NCBI GenBank assembly: GCA_963827685.1
Contig: CAWHBU010000003.1
Coordinates: forward strand, 320,001 to 384,000
DNA from: an uncultured delta proteobacterium
GTDB taxonomy: Bacteria > Desulfobacterota > BSN033 > UBA1163
Direction: 5' to 3'
Length of the DNA: 64,000 bases
Notes under the pieces: generated by a model
What the model saw: the letters and a program-made list of their open reading frames with translations, nothing else
Told to the model about the DNA's origin: nothing
Databases searched by the model: none
Program-made: the position numbers and the translations under genes
Shown here: in pieces, positions 19,730 to 29,674 of the stretch
Numbering within the stretch: position 1 is the stretch's first letter
Layout of the letters: the number at the start of each line of letters is the position of its first letter

Positions 19730-21487
19730 TTATCCGAATACTCCTCCCATTTTGGTCCCGGCAATTTTGCTGATGGCAAAAAGGCAGACCGCTCCGAGAA
19801 TGATCAAAATGAAGCCCAAAGCCGCTGCTTCGTTCACAGAGCCCCCAATGTAAAAGTTGAAAATCCCCACGGTCATCATCTCATGTCCTGGGACAACTAA
19901 AAGAAGTGTGGCTGAGGCCTCCTGGAGGGCAAGGATAAAGGAATAAAGAGACCCCACCAAAACCCCCTTCCAGATCAGCGGAAGAGTGACATCTTTAAAA
20001 GTCTTCGTTTTTGTAGCCCCCACGCTCTCAGCAGCCTCCTCAAAAGACCTGTGGACGATCAGGAGAGAAGCAAAAGTTCCCCGCACTGTATAGGGAAGCC
20101 GTCTCACCCCAAGTACAATGGGAATCACAATCCATATTCCGAGCAAGGCTGTGCTCATGAATGGCAGTGGATCTCTGAAGGCCCGAAGGTAGGCAATACC
20201 AATTCCAGTTCCTGGAAGCGCCAAGATCAGCGTGGTGAGAGAGTCCAAGAGATCTCTCCCCGGGACTTTGGTCCGAGCCATCACCCACGCCACAGGGACC
20301 CCAACCATAATGCAAATCAGCACTGATATTCCTGAATAAAGCAGGCTGTTAATGATAAATTTGGGGGTCTCAATGGCGACCCGTTCAAAATATTGCAGGG
20401 TGTATTTTACCGGAATGGGTGTGAGGGCCCAGCCCTTTCCGAAGGAGTCAAGAGCAATACCTAAATAAGGAATGAAGGCGAAGATTAAAACCACTATCAG
20501 GAAAGCAACCACCCCTGCCCTTCCCCAGGGTGATAATCTCCTTCTTTCAATCTTTGAATAAGATAGTGAGCTATAATCCTTGATGGCCACATACTGTTTA
20601 GCGATGATTAAGAAGAGGATGGCCAGTATGACCATGATGGCCGAGATGACAATTCCCATCTTGAAGAGCCTTCGGTCCACAAACTGGACAATATTGAGAT
20701 ACGCCTGGGAGGCAAGGAGATTATCAACACCCACTACCAATGGAGTGGCGAAGTCGGCAAAAGTCCAGATAAAGACCAGAAGCGCGCCCGAGACATAACC
20801 CGGAGTGGTAAGTGGAAAGGTAATGTCCCAGAACTTCCGCAAGCCACGCGACCCCACGCTCTCTGCTGCTTCATCGAGAGAGGGAGAGATCTTCCCGAGA
20901 GCATCAACGATGCTCATGGTCATAAGTGGAAAGAGGTGAAGAGTTTCAACCAGTAAAACTCCGTGGATTCCATACATAAAATTAATGGGTTTGGATAAAC
21001 CCAAATAATCCATTAAGATCACGTTCACTGTCCCAGCCCGGCCCATGATGAATACAAACCCCATGACCCCGACAAGGGGAGGCATGATCATTGGGATGAT
21101 GGTGAGGTAAGAAAAAAGATTTCTTCCGGGAAACTCATAGCGTAGAAGGAGGAACGCAATCGTGATGCCAATGATCGAAGTAGTGATCACGGTCGCTACC
21201 CCGAGGAGGAGGGAATTCACCAAGGTTTTCAGGTAAAAGGAGTCGGTGAAAAAGTCGTAGAAGTTCATCAGGGTGAAGACACCTTGATCGGTTGTGAAGG
21301 CATCGTAGAAAAGGCGGATGAGGGGATAGATCAGAAAAAGAGCAAAGAAGGCCCAGATTGCAGCGTAACCTAGTAATCCACCAATTCTCACCTGTGGCCA
21401 AACACGAGACTGACTTAGGGCAGTGATTGATTCGCTTTGTGGACTCAAAGTAAGGTTCTTCTTTCCCAAACTAACTTGGTACTTCAA
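19730..21487 (-). CDS. ABC transporter permease (FbpB/AfuB type, two repeats)
   Basis: Two EAA motifs (DEAAESVG, EEAAESVGA) and many TM segments. Start uncertain. Confidence 0.88.
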   Translation of the reverse strand: MKYQVSLGKKNLTLSPQSESITALSQSRVWPQVRIGGLLGYAAIWAFFALFLIYPLIRLFYDAFTTDQGVFTLMNFYDFFTDSFYLKTLVNSLLLGVATVITTSIIGITIAFLLLRYEFPGRNLFSYLTIIPMIMPPLVGVMGFVFIMGRAGTVNVILMDYLGLSKPINFMYGIHGVLLVETLHLFPLMTMSIVDALGKISPSLDEAAESVGSRGLRKFWDITFPLTTPGYVSGALLVFIWTFADFATPLVVGVDNLLASQAYLNIVQFVDRRLFKMGIVISAIMVILAILFLIIAKQYVAIKDYSSLSYSKIERRRLSPWGRAGVVAFLIVVLIFAFIPYLGIALDSFGKGWALTPIPVKYTLQYFERVAIETPKFIINSLLYSGISVLICIMVGVPVAWVMARTKVPGRDLLDSLTTLILALPGTGIGIAYLRAFRDPLPFMSTALLGIWIVIPIVLGVRRLPYTVRGTFASLLIVHRSFEEAAESVGATKTKTFKDVTLPLIWKGVLVGSLYSFILALQEASATLLLVVPGHEMMTVGIFNFYIGGSVNEAAALGFILIILGAVCLFAISKIAGTKMGGVFG

Positions 21488-21534
21488 AACATATTTTTAC
21501 GACTGATCAAAAAATCACAGATGAGTATTCTACA

Positions 21535-22617
21535 TCAGCCTACTGGAACCCCTAAAGTGGTTTTTATTGGAAAACTGACATATACCTTCTCCCCTATGGA
21601 AAAAGGTTGGTAACCCCAAGGGTTCTGAATGTCCACTTTGAAGATGATTTCCCGATTGATTTCCACATCATAGCGGATCGTATTCCCGATATAAGAGGCA
21701 AAACTAACAGTTCCGGTAATACAATTAAATTCTTTTTGAGTATTTTCTGACTGGTTAATCGAGGTGGTCTCTGGTCGAATACTGATCATGCAATGATCTC
21801 CGAGTTTGAACCCTTGATTGACAAGGCAAATCAGAGGACCAACCTTAGTTTGCACTTTCATCCATTTCTCGGCTGCATTGATTTCCTGAATATCACCGGG
21901 GATCAGGTTGTTAATCCCGATAAAGTCGGCAACGAAGGGATTCTCGGGCCTTTCATATAGATCCCTGGGAGAACCAATCTGCAATAACTTGCCCAGATTG
22001 ATGACTGCGATACGGTCCGAAAGGGTCAGAGCCTCTTCCTGGTCATGGGTGACATAAATGGTGGTGATGGCAAGCTCCTTCTGAAGCTTGCGGATCTCGG
22101 CGCGCACCTGAACGCGAATCTTTGCATCCAGGTTACTTAAAGGTTCATCCAAAAGAAGCACACTGGGGTTCAAGACAAGCGCCCTTGCCAGAGCCACACG
22201 TTGCTGTTGCCCTCCTGATAATTGCCCGGGATACCGGTTTCCAAGTCCTATCAGATTAACCAGCTTCAGAACGTGGGAAACCTTGTTGTTAATCTCTTTT
22301 CTGGAAAACTTCTTGAGCTTGAGGCCGTAGGCGATATTGCCGCTAATCGTCATGTGGGGCCATAGGGCATAGTTCTGGAAAACCATCCCGATGTTCCGCT
22401 CATAGGGCGGGATAGAGGTTACGGCCTTTCCGTCAAAATAGATCTCCCCGTTATCAGGCTTGTGAAATCCTCCGATGAGTCGAAGAATGGTCGTCTTTCC
22501 ACAACCCGAAGGACCAAGAAGAGTGAAAATTTCCCCGTCATGTATTTCCAGTGAAATATGGCTCACCGCCTCCAGTGTCCCAAACCTTTTGATGATATCT
22601 TTTAATTGAATCTCCAT
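21535..22617 (-). CDS. ABC transporter ATP-binding protein (FbpC/PotA type)
   Basis: GPSGCGKT, LSGGQQQR, LLLDEP, VTHDQEEA and a C-terminal TOBE-like region. Confidence 0.93.
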   Translation of the reverse strand: MEIQLKDIIKRFGTLEAVSHISLEIHDGEIFTLLGPSGCGKTTILRLIGGFHKPDNGEIYFDGKAVTSIPPYERNIGMVFQNYALWPHMTISGNIAYGLKLKKFSRKEINNKVSHVLKLVNLIGLGNRYPGQLSGGQQQRVALARALVLNPSVLLLDEPLSNLDAKIRVQVRAEIRKLQKELAITTIYVTHDQEEALTLSDRIAVINLGKLLQIGSPRDLYERPENPFVADFIGINNLIPGDIQEINAAEKWMKVQTKVGPLICLVNQGFKLGDHCMISIRPETTSINQSENTQKEFNCITGTVSFASYIGNTIRYDVEINREIIFKVDIQNPWGYQPFSIGEKVYVSFPIKTTLGVPVG

Positions 22618-22730
22618 ATGTTTGATGAGCTTCCTATCTTCAACTTAAAGAATAGATCTTTACATGGGAAAACTCCTCGAAGGTTGCGCCCCCAAGGAGT
22701 TTCCATATGATAAAGGCGAGATTATAAGTC

Positions 22731-23858
22731 TCACTTCTCCTTGATAATCTCCTTATGTTTCTCAGCAATCTCCTTCCGGAAATAAGAATTTACTTCCTCA
22801 ATCCTCTTTTTTGGTCCGGCGATCTTGTCGTCGTAGACATTTCCGACTGGAATATCAAAGAAAGACCTCATCCCACCTGTAAATTGAACTGCCTTTTCAG
22901 CAGGGGAGCCTGGAGCGCCTGAAACTTTGTACTTGGGTGTGATGGCATAGAGACCCCTTTCCATAAATATTTTCTGCCCTTCCTCGGTTAAAAGAAACTC
23001 GATAAAGGCATGGGCTGCTTTCGGATGGGGAGCGCCTTTGAGCACAGCCATCGGTTCGGGGGTCACATAAGCATTCTTGGGGTAGACAAACATGACATCA
23101 TACCCCCCTAAAACCTCGGCAAAAGCCATGTAGCTCGGCACGGCAAACCCGACGGCGAACTCCCCTTTAGATACCACGTTGGGAACGTCACGGGAACGGG
23201 CTGTAAAAATGCCGGTGTTGGCAGCCAATTTTCTCAACCACTCCCATCCTTTCTCCCATCCATACATCGAAAGAATAACCTCATAAGTAGCATGGCTACT
23301 GCTCGAACGGTCTGGGGTACACTGAGCAATCTGCCCCTTTAGCTTTGGGTTGAGCAGGTCATCCCAGTCTTTGATTGTAACTCCCAAACGTTGCAGCAAT
23401 TTCGGCTGGTAGATTAGGCCATAAGGCTCCAAGGTAGTTCCAACCCAGAATTTCTTTGGGTCTTTTAGGGGCAGGCCTATGGGTTTCCCTATGGTTGCTG
23501 GAATCTCATCCCACATCTTTTTGGGAATCTTTACTTGATCCAAGAGGCCTTCCGCTGCTAAGTTGTCGAAAAGTGTTCCTTCGCCACCCCAGAAGACATC
23601 TGCCCGGGGTCTGCCTCTCCACTCCAAAATCTGCCCATAAGCCACTGGAGTTCCTTGAGGCATGGCACTGGTTTTCATATCGACGTTCCATTTTATCTTG
23701 ACATATTCAGCGAACGCCTTTAATGCCGGGTCATGAACATCTTTGGAAACAGGAGTAATGAGGTAAAACTCATTTTCAATCGCCTGCCCAAATGATATCC
23801 CTCCAAAGCATAAGAAACCCATCAATAAAACCGTCAATACAATGATGATCCGTTTCAT
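22731..23858 (-). CDS. ABC transporter periplasmic substrate-binding protein (AfuA/FbpA-like)
   Basis: Signal peptide, PRADVFWGG, WDDLLNP, PDRSSS and AHAFIEFLLT. Confidence 0.85.
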   Translation of the reverse strand: MKRIIIVLTVLLMGFLCFGGISFGQAIENEFYLITPVSKDVHDPALKAFAEYVKIKWNVDMKTSAMPQGTPVAYGQILEWRGRPRADVFWGGEGTLFDNLAAEGLLDQVKIPKKMWDEIPATIGKPIGLPLKDPKKFWVGTTLEPYGLIYQPKLLQRLGVTIKDWDDLLNPKLKGQIAQCTPDRSSSSHATYEVILSMYGWEKGWEWLRKLAANTGIFTARSRDVPNVVSKGEFAVGFAVPSYMAFAEVLGGYDVMFVYPKNAYVTPEPMAVLKGAPHPKAAHAFIEFLLTEEGQKIFMERGLYAITPKYKVSGAPGSPAEKAVQFTGGMRSFFDIPVGNVYDDKIAGPKKRIEEVNSYFRKEIAEKHKEIIKEK

Positions 23859-23904
23859 CCCGATTCCTCCTTTTCATCTATAAAATGTCACAAATTTTTC
23901 TGAG

Positions 23905-23933
23905 ATAATATATAGGGTAAGAAAAGTTGTCAA
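23905..23933 (-). promoter_or_regulatory. Sigma70 promoter of the ABC-PiT-HAD operon
   Basis: Minus strand TTGACA-N17-TATTAT. Confidence 0.7.
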
Positions 23934-24016
23934 GGCGAAATGGCCCCGATGCGTAATCATTCTTTCGCCACTTCATTGTCTCATTTCATCCGACCGAAGT
24001 TGCTGTCGAAACGGCC

Positions 24017-25437
24017 TCAATAATGAAACTCGGCAATCACAATGTGCCCAGAATCAAGAGGGTAAGTGAGCACTGTTATGGTTTCCTTATTCAACGTGAC
24101 CCGGATGGATCGTGGAGGACCTGGCTCAAGGCGACGTCTCGCCTCCGATGTCCCCGGCACCCCTTCGTTGACCCCATCTGGCACTTTGCCAGCTATGAGA
24201 AATGTGTCGCGGCCATGCCCGAGATAGCCCCTGGGCCGCGTGAGCATAACGACGCTGCCAGTCCCCCTTTCGCGCTCGTCGAGAGGGCGTAACCGCAGGT
24301 GGATGTAGACACTCGAACGCGGAAAAGGCGTTCGGTAGATGTGAGTGATAGGGTAGCCGCTAACTGAGATGACGAACTCGTAATAAGCCTCCGGTTTGGC
24401 CGTAAAGGATCCCCAGGCCCCGTCTGTGGAAGTCGTTCGCCGATGGACAGCTTCTCCCAGGCGTTGACCGGACGAAGGATCAACCTCATAGATCTCGACG
24501 GTGGCGCCTTGAAGTGGAAGGTTTGTGGGCGCCCCGTTAGCCCATCCACTGACGACGCCATTCAGGATAGGGCGGGCTTCGGGGATAATGTCGAGGGTCG
24601 CAGGTTCACGGCCAGTGATAAATTGGTACATGGCCTTGAAAGCGAGAGGATGGAAGGCCACCTCCGATGGTCAAGACCAGGAAGTACCACATTCTTCGCC
24701 CCTCGGAGCTCTGGTGAATCGAAGGATACGTTTGTCGGCTGACCTGGCATGCTGATGAATCGTCCCTCGGCTTGAGCATACTTGTCATTTGTATCACTTC
24801 GAATCGTCATAAATTTGACGGCCGGGTCTACCTCATCGCCTGCATTAAGGCCGGACAAAAACGGGCCCATCCCGTTAAACTCATCATTTAGATTGACGGG
24901 AGTCGCCCGGGTCCCGTGATTGGGCGTACCGCAGAGAATGGCGCAGGAAACATTCGCCGCCCCCCCGGCATTCTTGATGTAGTTGCGGATGGCATAGCCA
25001 CCGCGAGAGCTTCCAACAAGAATTAATTGTTTATGACCGGTCTTGGAAAGGATCTCGTTGATCTTTGCTCTGATCTCTCTCAACTGATCGGCGGTGCCGC
25101 TCCGGTTCTCCTGAGGCTTTGTATCGTCACTGCGCGCCCTCGGATGAATGAAATCGATCGCGAAGAGAGGAGAGGATGCATACCCGTTTGATTCGAATCG
25201 CCAGATAGTCGTGTGCCAGAGAGCGGCAGAGTCTCCGCTTCCATGGACAAAGAGGATGGGTCGTGAAGTGTCAGCAGCGACGGCGGGGCTCAGCCACAGA
25301 AGCAGCAGGACCAGTGAGGTAATGGCTACCCGGCGGGGCAAGTTCAATATTGACTTCCTTCTCGACAGAATTCCCACTCCTCTTGCAGGTTTCTTTTTCC
25401 CTTTTTTATTTCCTTCTAATCCATAGAATTTTCTCAT
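24017..25437 (-). pseudogene. Secreted alpha/beta hydrolase (lipase-like) split by a 1-nt frameshift near 24665
   Basis: FVHGSG, GSSRGG nucleophile elbow and GTPNHG. Minus strand reads GAC CAT CGG AGG TGG, and one extra G gives LDHREVAFH, joining the two ORFs. True start uncertain. Confidence 0.75.
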
Positions 25438-25721
25438 ATCAAGCCTCTTTGCCTCATTATGTATTAAAGTTTACCCGTTGTTGCGGAAAGATAGGGAGAG
25501 GTCTTTAGACTGCCTTCTCGATCACAAATATAAGAAAATGTTGAATTTGTAAAGAACAAATATCGTTAAATCTTTGATGAGAAACTTTCACAGAGTCACC
25601 GCGTTCAATTCCCAAGAGATCTCTCAAGCTGAGCTGATCTCAAATCCCATCGTCAATCCATTTCCGACCCTTCATTTCTTGACTTTTCTCAGCAAATCAA
25701 TTAAAAATAGATTAAATTTAG

Positions 25722-25820
25722 TCTTCGAGCCAATTTCCTAATTCCCTGTCTTCCGGGACATGGAAATCGGCCGTTAGGGCATAGCTGGAAACGACTATAC
25801 CTCCCGTGTTTGGAAAGGAG
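25722..25820 (+). promoter_or_regulatory. Moco/Tuco RNA motif (molybdenum/tungsten cofactor riboswitch candidate)
   Basis: cttcgagcc..cctaa..ttagggc..gaaa..cctcccgtgtttggaaaggag matches the recalled motif consensus. It lies upstream of moaA and is preceded by TTGACT-N17-TAAAAA at 25679. Confidence 0.85.
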
Positions 25821-25838
25821 ATGGGCAATGGAATTCAG

Positions 25839-25879
25839 ATGGCCAATATCTCAAGCACGGATATTGGCCATTTTAATTT
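25839..25879 (+). terminator. Intrinsic terminator-like hairpin in the moaA leader
   Basis: Perfect 12-bp stem atggccaatatc/gatattggccat followed by tttaattt. Confidence 0.65.
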
Positions 25880-25982
25880 AAGTTATGAGTTCAGAGTCTT
25901 CTGTTCGGAGCCAAAAGCCAAACCAAACCACAAAACGAAATACTCCAAACTCCCAACTAATGACTCCGAACTGAAAAAAATT

Positions 25983-26966
25983 ATGCTCCTCGACCCTTTC
26001 AGACGAAAAATAAACTACCTCCGAATCTCAATAACGGACCGGTGCAACTTACGATGCAGGTACTGTATGCCGGAGGAAGGAATTCCCCTCATCCCTCATG
26101 AAGAGATTCTGACGTACGAAGAGATTTTGAGAATAACCCGTGTCTTTGCCACGGAAGGAATCTCCAAGGTTAGGTTGACTGGTGGAGAACCGTTGGTCAG
26201 AAAAGGGATGGTGGATTTCGTTTCCCATTTGTCCCATATTGAAGAGATTAAAGATTTAAGCCTCACTACGAATGGAATCCTATTAAAAGAGTTTGCGCAA
26301 GATCTTAAGAAGGCCGGTTTAAAAAGGATCAATATCAGTCTGGACTCCCTGAGAAAAGAGAAATTCCGCCAAATTACTCGAAAGGACGATTTTGAGAAGG
26401 TATGGGCAGGAATAGAAGAGGCATTGAAAGTTGGGCTCTCCCCTATCAAAATTAATATGGTTGCCATCCAGGGGTTAAATGATGACGAGATCGAATCCTT
26501 TGCGCAATTAACCCTCCGGCTACCTCTCATCATTCGATATATTGAGTATATGCCCTCCGGCAACGGGGAGGAATGGAAAGAAAGCGATATCTTAACTATT
26601 CCTCAGATCAAGGGCCGTCTTGAAAATGTTGGTAAACTGATCCCAATTCCTTCAGACCAATGGGATGGCCCGGCGAAAAGATTTCGAATTGAAGGGGCTC
26701 TTGGAGAAATAGGATTGATCGGGCCAGTGAGCAGTCATTTCTGTGATGATTGCAATCGCCTTCGGCTGACCCCCGATGGTAAAATCCGGACTTGCCTCTT
26801 TTCTGATGAGGAGATCGACGTGAAGGAACTTCTGAGGAACGGGGGGTCTGATCAGGATTTAAAGGGACGGCTTCTTGCCGCCCTCAGAAAAAAGCCAGAG
26901 AGACATCCTATCAACACACACCAGTTTAAAAAATGCCAGAGGAATATGTCAGCAATCGGAGGGTGA
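25983..26966 (+). CDS. moaA: GTP 3',8-cyclase
   Basis: YLRISITDRCNLRCRYCM, FCDDCNRLRLT..C and C-terminal IGG. Start at MLLDPF. Confidence 0.96.
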   Translation: MLLDPFRRKINYLRISITDRCNLRCRYCMPEEGIPLIPHEEILTYEEILRITRVFATEGISKVRLTGGEPLVRKGMVDFVSHLSHIEEIKDLSLTTNGILLKEFAQDLKKAGLKRINISLDSLRKEKFRQITRKDDFEKVWAGIEEALKVGLSPIKINMVAIQGLNDDEIESFAQLTLRLPLIIRYIEYMPSGNGEEWKESDILTIPQIKGRLENVGKLIPIPSDQWDGPAKRFRIEGALGEIGLIGPVSSHFCDDCNRLRLTPDGKIRTCLFSDEEIDVKELLRNGGSDQDLKGRLLAALRKKPERHPINTHQFKKCQRNMSAIGG

Positions 26967-26971
26967 AAGAT

Positions 26972-27015
26972 AATTAAGAGTTAAGAGTTATGAATTATGA
27001 GTTAAGAATTATGAA
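26972..27015. repeat. Heptamer tandem repeat (taagagt/tatgaat)
   Basis: taagagttaagagttatgaattatgagttaagaattatgaa. Confidence 0.7.
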
Positions 27016-27097
27016 ATAAATAAATTCACTACGCCCTATGCGCTCTGCCTGCTTGCCGCAGGCAGGCGCTATGCATTATTTCGTGAGGGAGGAACAA

Positions 27098-27619
27098 ATG
27101 CAAAGACTTACCCACTTTGATAAGAAGGGGCGGGCCAGGATGGTCGACGTGAGTAAAAAGAAAGAAACGTTGAGGGAGGCTGTGGTTCGAGGATCTATCC
27201 TCATGAATCCAAAGACTTTCAAAAACATACGATCTGGCAAGATTGCAAAAGGAGATGTTTTGGCGGTTGCCAAGGTGGCCGGAATCATGGCAGCAAAAAA
27301 GACTTCTCAAATCATTCCGATGTGCCACCCTCTCAATCTCTCTCATGTAGAGATTAATTTCTATCCTTTTGAAAAAGAGAGTAGAATCGATATTGAAGCA
27401 AAGGTTAAGATTAAAGGTCAGACGGGTGTAGAGATGGAAGGATTCGTGGCTGTAGCCACCGCCGGCCTCACCATTTACGACATGTGCAAGGCCATTGATC
27501 GGGGAATGGTTCTCTCCAATATCCATCTTGTTAAAAAGACAGGTGGCAAGAGTGGAACCTATACCTCTAAAAATCTCCCCTCCCCTGGCGGGAGGGTGAT
27601 GAAGGGGAGGGGGACCTAA
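27098..27619 (+). CDS. moaC: Cyclic pyranopterin monophosphate synthase
   Basis: LTHFD..ARMVDV, IPMCHPL, TGVEME, YDMCKAID and KTGGKSG. Confidence 0.96.
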   Translation: MQRLTHFDKKGRARMVDVSKKKETLREAVVRGSILMNPKTFKNIRSGKIAKGDVLAVAKVAGIMAAKKTSQIIPMCHPLNLSHVEINFYPFEKESRIDIEAKVKIKGQTGVEMEGFVAVATAGLTIYDMCKAIDRGMVLSNIHLVKKTGGKSGTYTSKNLPSPGGRVMKGRGT

Positions 27620-27685
27620 CTTTTTCACCCTCACCCCTACCCTCTCCCCTGCCTACCGGCAGGCAGGCGTCAAGGGAGAGGGGGA
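27575..27685. repeat. Cluster of REP-like C/G-rich palindromes
   Basis: cccctcccctggcgggaggg..ggggagggg and ccctcacccctaccctctcccc..gggagagggg, with a nested cctgcctaccggcaggcagg. Related copies near 2895, 31993, 46633 and 53670-53760. Confidence 0.8.
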
Positions 27686-27691
27686 AATGGA

Positions 27692-28147
27692 ATGGGAGAA
27701 ATGAAACAAGTTCAAAAAGGGAAGGTATTGGCCGTCAATGTTAGCGTAGATAAAGGGACGAAGAAGACCAATATTCAATCGTGTACTTTATTGAAGGATT
27801 TCGGTTTAAAAGGGGATGCCCATGCAGGTCCCTGGCACCGCCAGGTCAGTCTATTGGCGAATGAATCGATTAAGAAAATGAGGGCGAAGGGTCTAAATGT
27901 TGGTTATGGTGATTTTGCAGAAAATATTACCACGGAAGGCCTCGATCTTGTTCATCTTCCAATTGGAACGGAAATACTCATTGGAAATTCTATCATTCTA
28001 CGCGTGACTCAAATTGGGAAAGAGTGTCATGATCGATGTGCCATCTACTACCAGGCAGGAGATTGTGTGATGCCCAAAGAAGGAATCTTTGCCGAGGTGG
28101 TAAACGAAGGAGAAGTAAAAGCAGGAGATGAAATAACAATTGGATAA
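27692..28147 (+). CDS. MOSC-domain protein (Moco cluster)
   Basis: GDAHAGPWHRQVSLL, GDFAENITT and TQIGKECH..CAIY..GDCVMPKEG. Confidence 0.92.
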   Translation: MGEMKQVQKGKVLAVNVSVDKGTKKTNIQSCTLLKDFGLKGDAHAGPWHRQVSLLANESIKKMRAKGLNVGYGDFAENITTEGLDLVHLPIGTEILIGNSIILRVTQIGKECHDRCAIYYQAGDCVMPKEGIFAEVVNEGEVKAGDEITIG

Positions 28148-28195
28148 ATCCGAAACGCGAAATCTAAGCTGTGGTTGGGATGGTTTGGATTGGTT

Positions 28196-28251
28196 GTCAT
28201 GCTGAATTCATTTCAGCATCTCATGAGATCCTGAACCAAGTTCAGCACGAC
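28196..28251. repeat. GTCAT..GAC-type palindromic element nested in another palindromic repeat
   Basis: gtcatgctgaattcatttcagcatctc-at-gagatcctgaaccaagttcagcacgac, flanked by aaatccgaa/ttcggattt arms. Confidence 0.7.
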
Positions 28252-28320
28252 ATCTCTGATACGCTTTTTGGTGATTTCGGATTTCGATATTGGAATTTCG
28301 TATTTATGTGTGAGGCAAAG

Positions 28321-28812
28321 ATGTTCAAAGTAGCCATATTAACCATCAGTGATCGTGGTTCGAGAGGGGAGCGTGAAGACACGAGCGGTCCCCTCATTAA
28401 GGAAATGATAAGGGACTTACCTGCCGAGGTTGTCCATTATGAAATCATTCCGGATGAAAAAAAGAAGATCATCAAGGCTCTGAAAAAGAATGCAGACGAG
28501 TTGAAGGCTGATCTCATCCTTACAACAGGAGGAACAGGTTTAAGCCCCAGGGACGTGACGCCTGATGCAACACGGGAGGTTATTGAGAAAGAAGTCCCTG
28601 GTTTTTCTGAAGCCATGAGGGCTGAAAGTTTAAGAAAGACGCCCCACGCGATGATCTCAAGAGCCATCACCGGAATTCGAGGTTCGAGCCTGATTGTGAA
28701 TCTACCCGGAAGCCCTAAAAGCGTGAAAGAAAACCTCAGCGTGATTTTACCCGCCTTACCCCACGCCTTATCCAAATTGAAGGGTGATCCTTCAGAATGT
28801 GGCCAGGAATGA
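28321..28812 (+). CDS. mog: Molybdopterin adenylyltransferase (MogA/MoaB family)
   Basis: LTISD..REDTSG, TTGGTGLSPRDVTP and NLPGSP. Start at MFKVAILT. Confidence 0.9.
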   Translation: MFKVAILTISDRGSRGEREDTSGPLIKEMIRDLPAEVVHYEIIPDEKKKIIKALKKNADELKADLILTTGGTGLSPRDVTPDATREVIEKEVPGFSEAMRAESLRKTPHAMISRAITGIRGSSLIVNLPGSPKSVKENLSVILPALPHALSKLKGDPSECGQE

Positions 28813-28827
28813 AGCGCTATCCTTTAT

Positions 28828-29670
28828 TCAAGCACTATTGCGCCTGATTGGATGAGGGCCGTAAGATATCAATCCAGAAGGGCGCTTGCGGTATGCTTCT
28901 AATTCTTCTTCTGTCAGTTCCTCTGGATTTACCAATCTATAATGCTTTTCAGCAGAAACTCGAATACCTTCTTTGGTTCTTTCACATTCAAACAAAGCAA
29001 TGAGATCCTCTGCCATAAATTGAGCAGCAATTGATCGGCAAATGAGACCTGGAAATTTTGTTTCACAAACAGCGAGATCTTGCTCTACTTGCACAATCCC
29101 TATCCTGTCTGTCCCGCCTTTCGCCTGGACTGGTATAACATAGTGTACCCCTCTTTTATCGATACCAATGTAGATTTCATCTATCTCAACTTGTCCTATA
29201 TCGGGCACAGTTGTCCGCAAATGGTTCTGCAAAGAATAACAAGTGAGACCAGTAAAAATATCAATTAGCCGGTTATAACGAAGCTTAGCCAAGAGTGCCT
29301 GTTCATCATTTAGCTTATATTTCCCGATCACTCCAGGCGTGGCATCAGGAATTTTCGTTTCTGCCAGAATCTTTGACGGGACAATAGCAGACTCGGTTGC
29401 AAGTACAAACTTATAGCGCGCTCTTCCTGCAGGACGGATAATCCACTGAAACCCCTTTGGAGCTTTTTCCACAATGCTGTCCGGCAGCGTGGTTCGGTAT
29501 CGAAACGAATAGAGAACGTCTCCTAAGTTTTTGGGCAAGTTTATTCGCAATTTCTTAGCTACCGTTATTATGTCCGACCTCTGAAACAGGACTTCTTTTG
29601 CACCTTTCCAAAAATATTTGGAGAAAATGGCTTCTATAATCTACGAATATCGGTTTTTTGTTTCGGCCAT
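28828..29670 (-). pseudogene. Putative type II restriction endonuclease with an in-frame TAG at codon 10
   Basis: ATG 29670 gives MAETKNRYS*IIEAIFSK.., in frame with the 240-aa ORF. PD-(D/E)xK-like segment EIDEIY..PVQAKGG. It starts 4 nt after the methyltransferase stop. Confidence 0.72.
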
Positions 29671-29674
29671 CGTT

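Noticed and set aside
25575-25595. tgagaaactttcaca as a Rex-like box
   Set aside because: Spacing and half-sites deviate from TTGTGAA-N4-TTCACAA.
26972-27015. Short tandem repeats here and near 14080, 37720, 51925 and 54395 as possible CRISPR arrays
   Set aside because: Units are 7-9 nt and degenerate, with no unique spacers and no cas genes.
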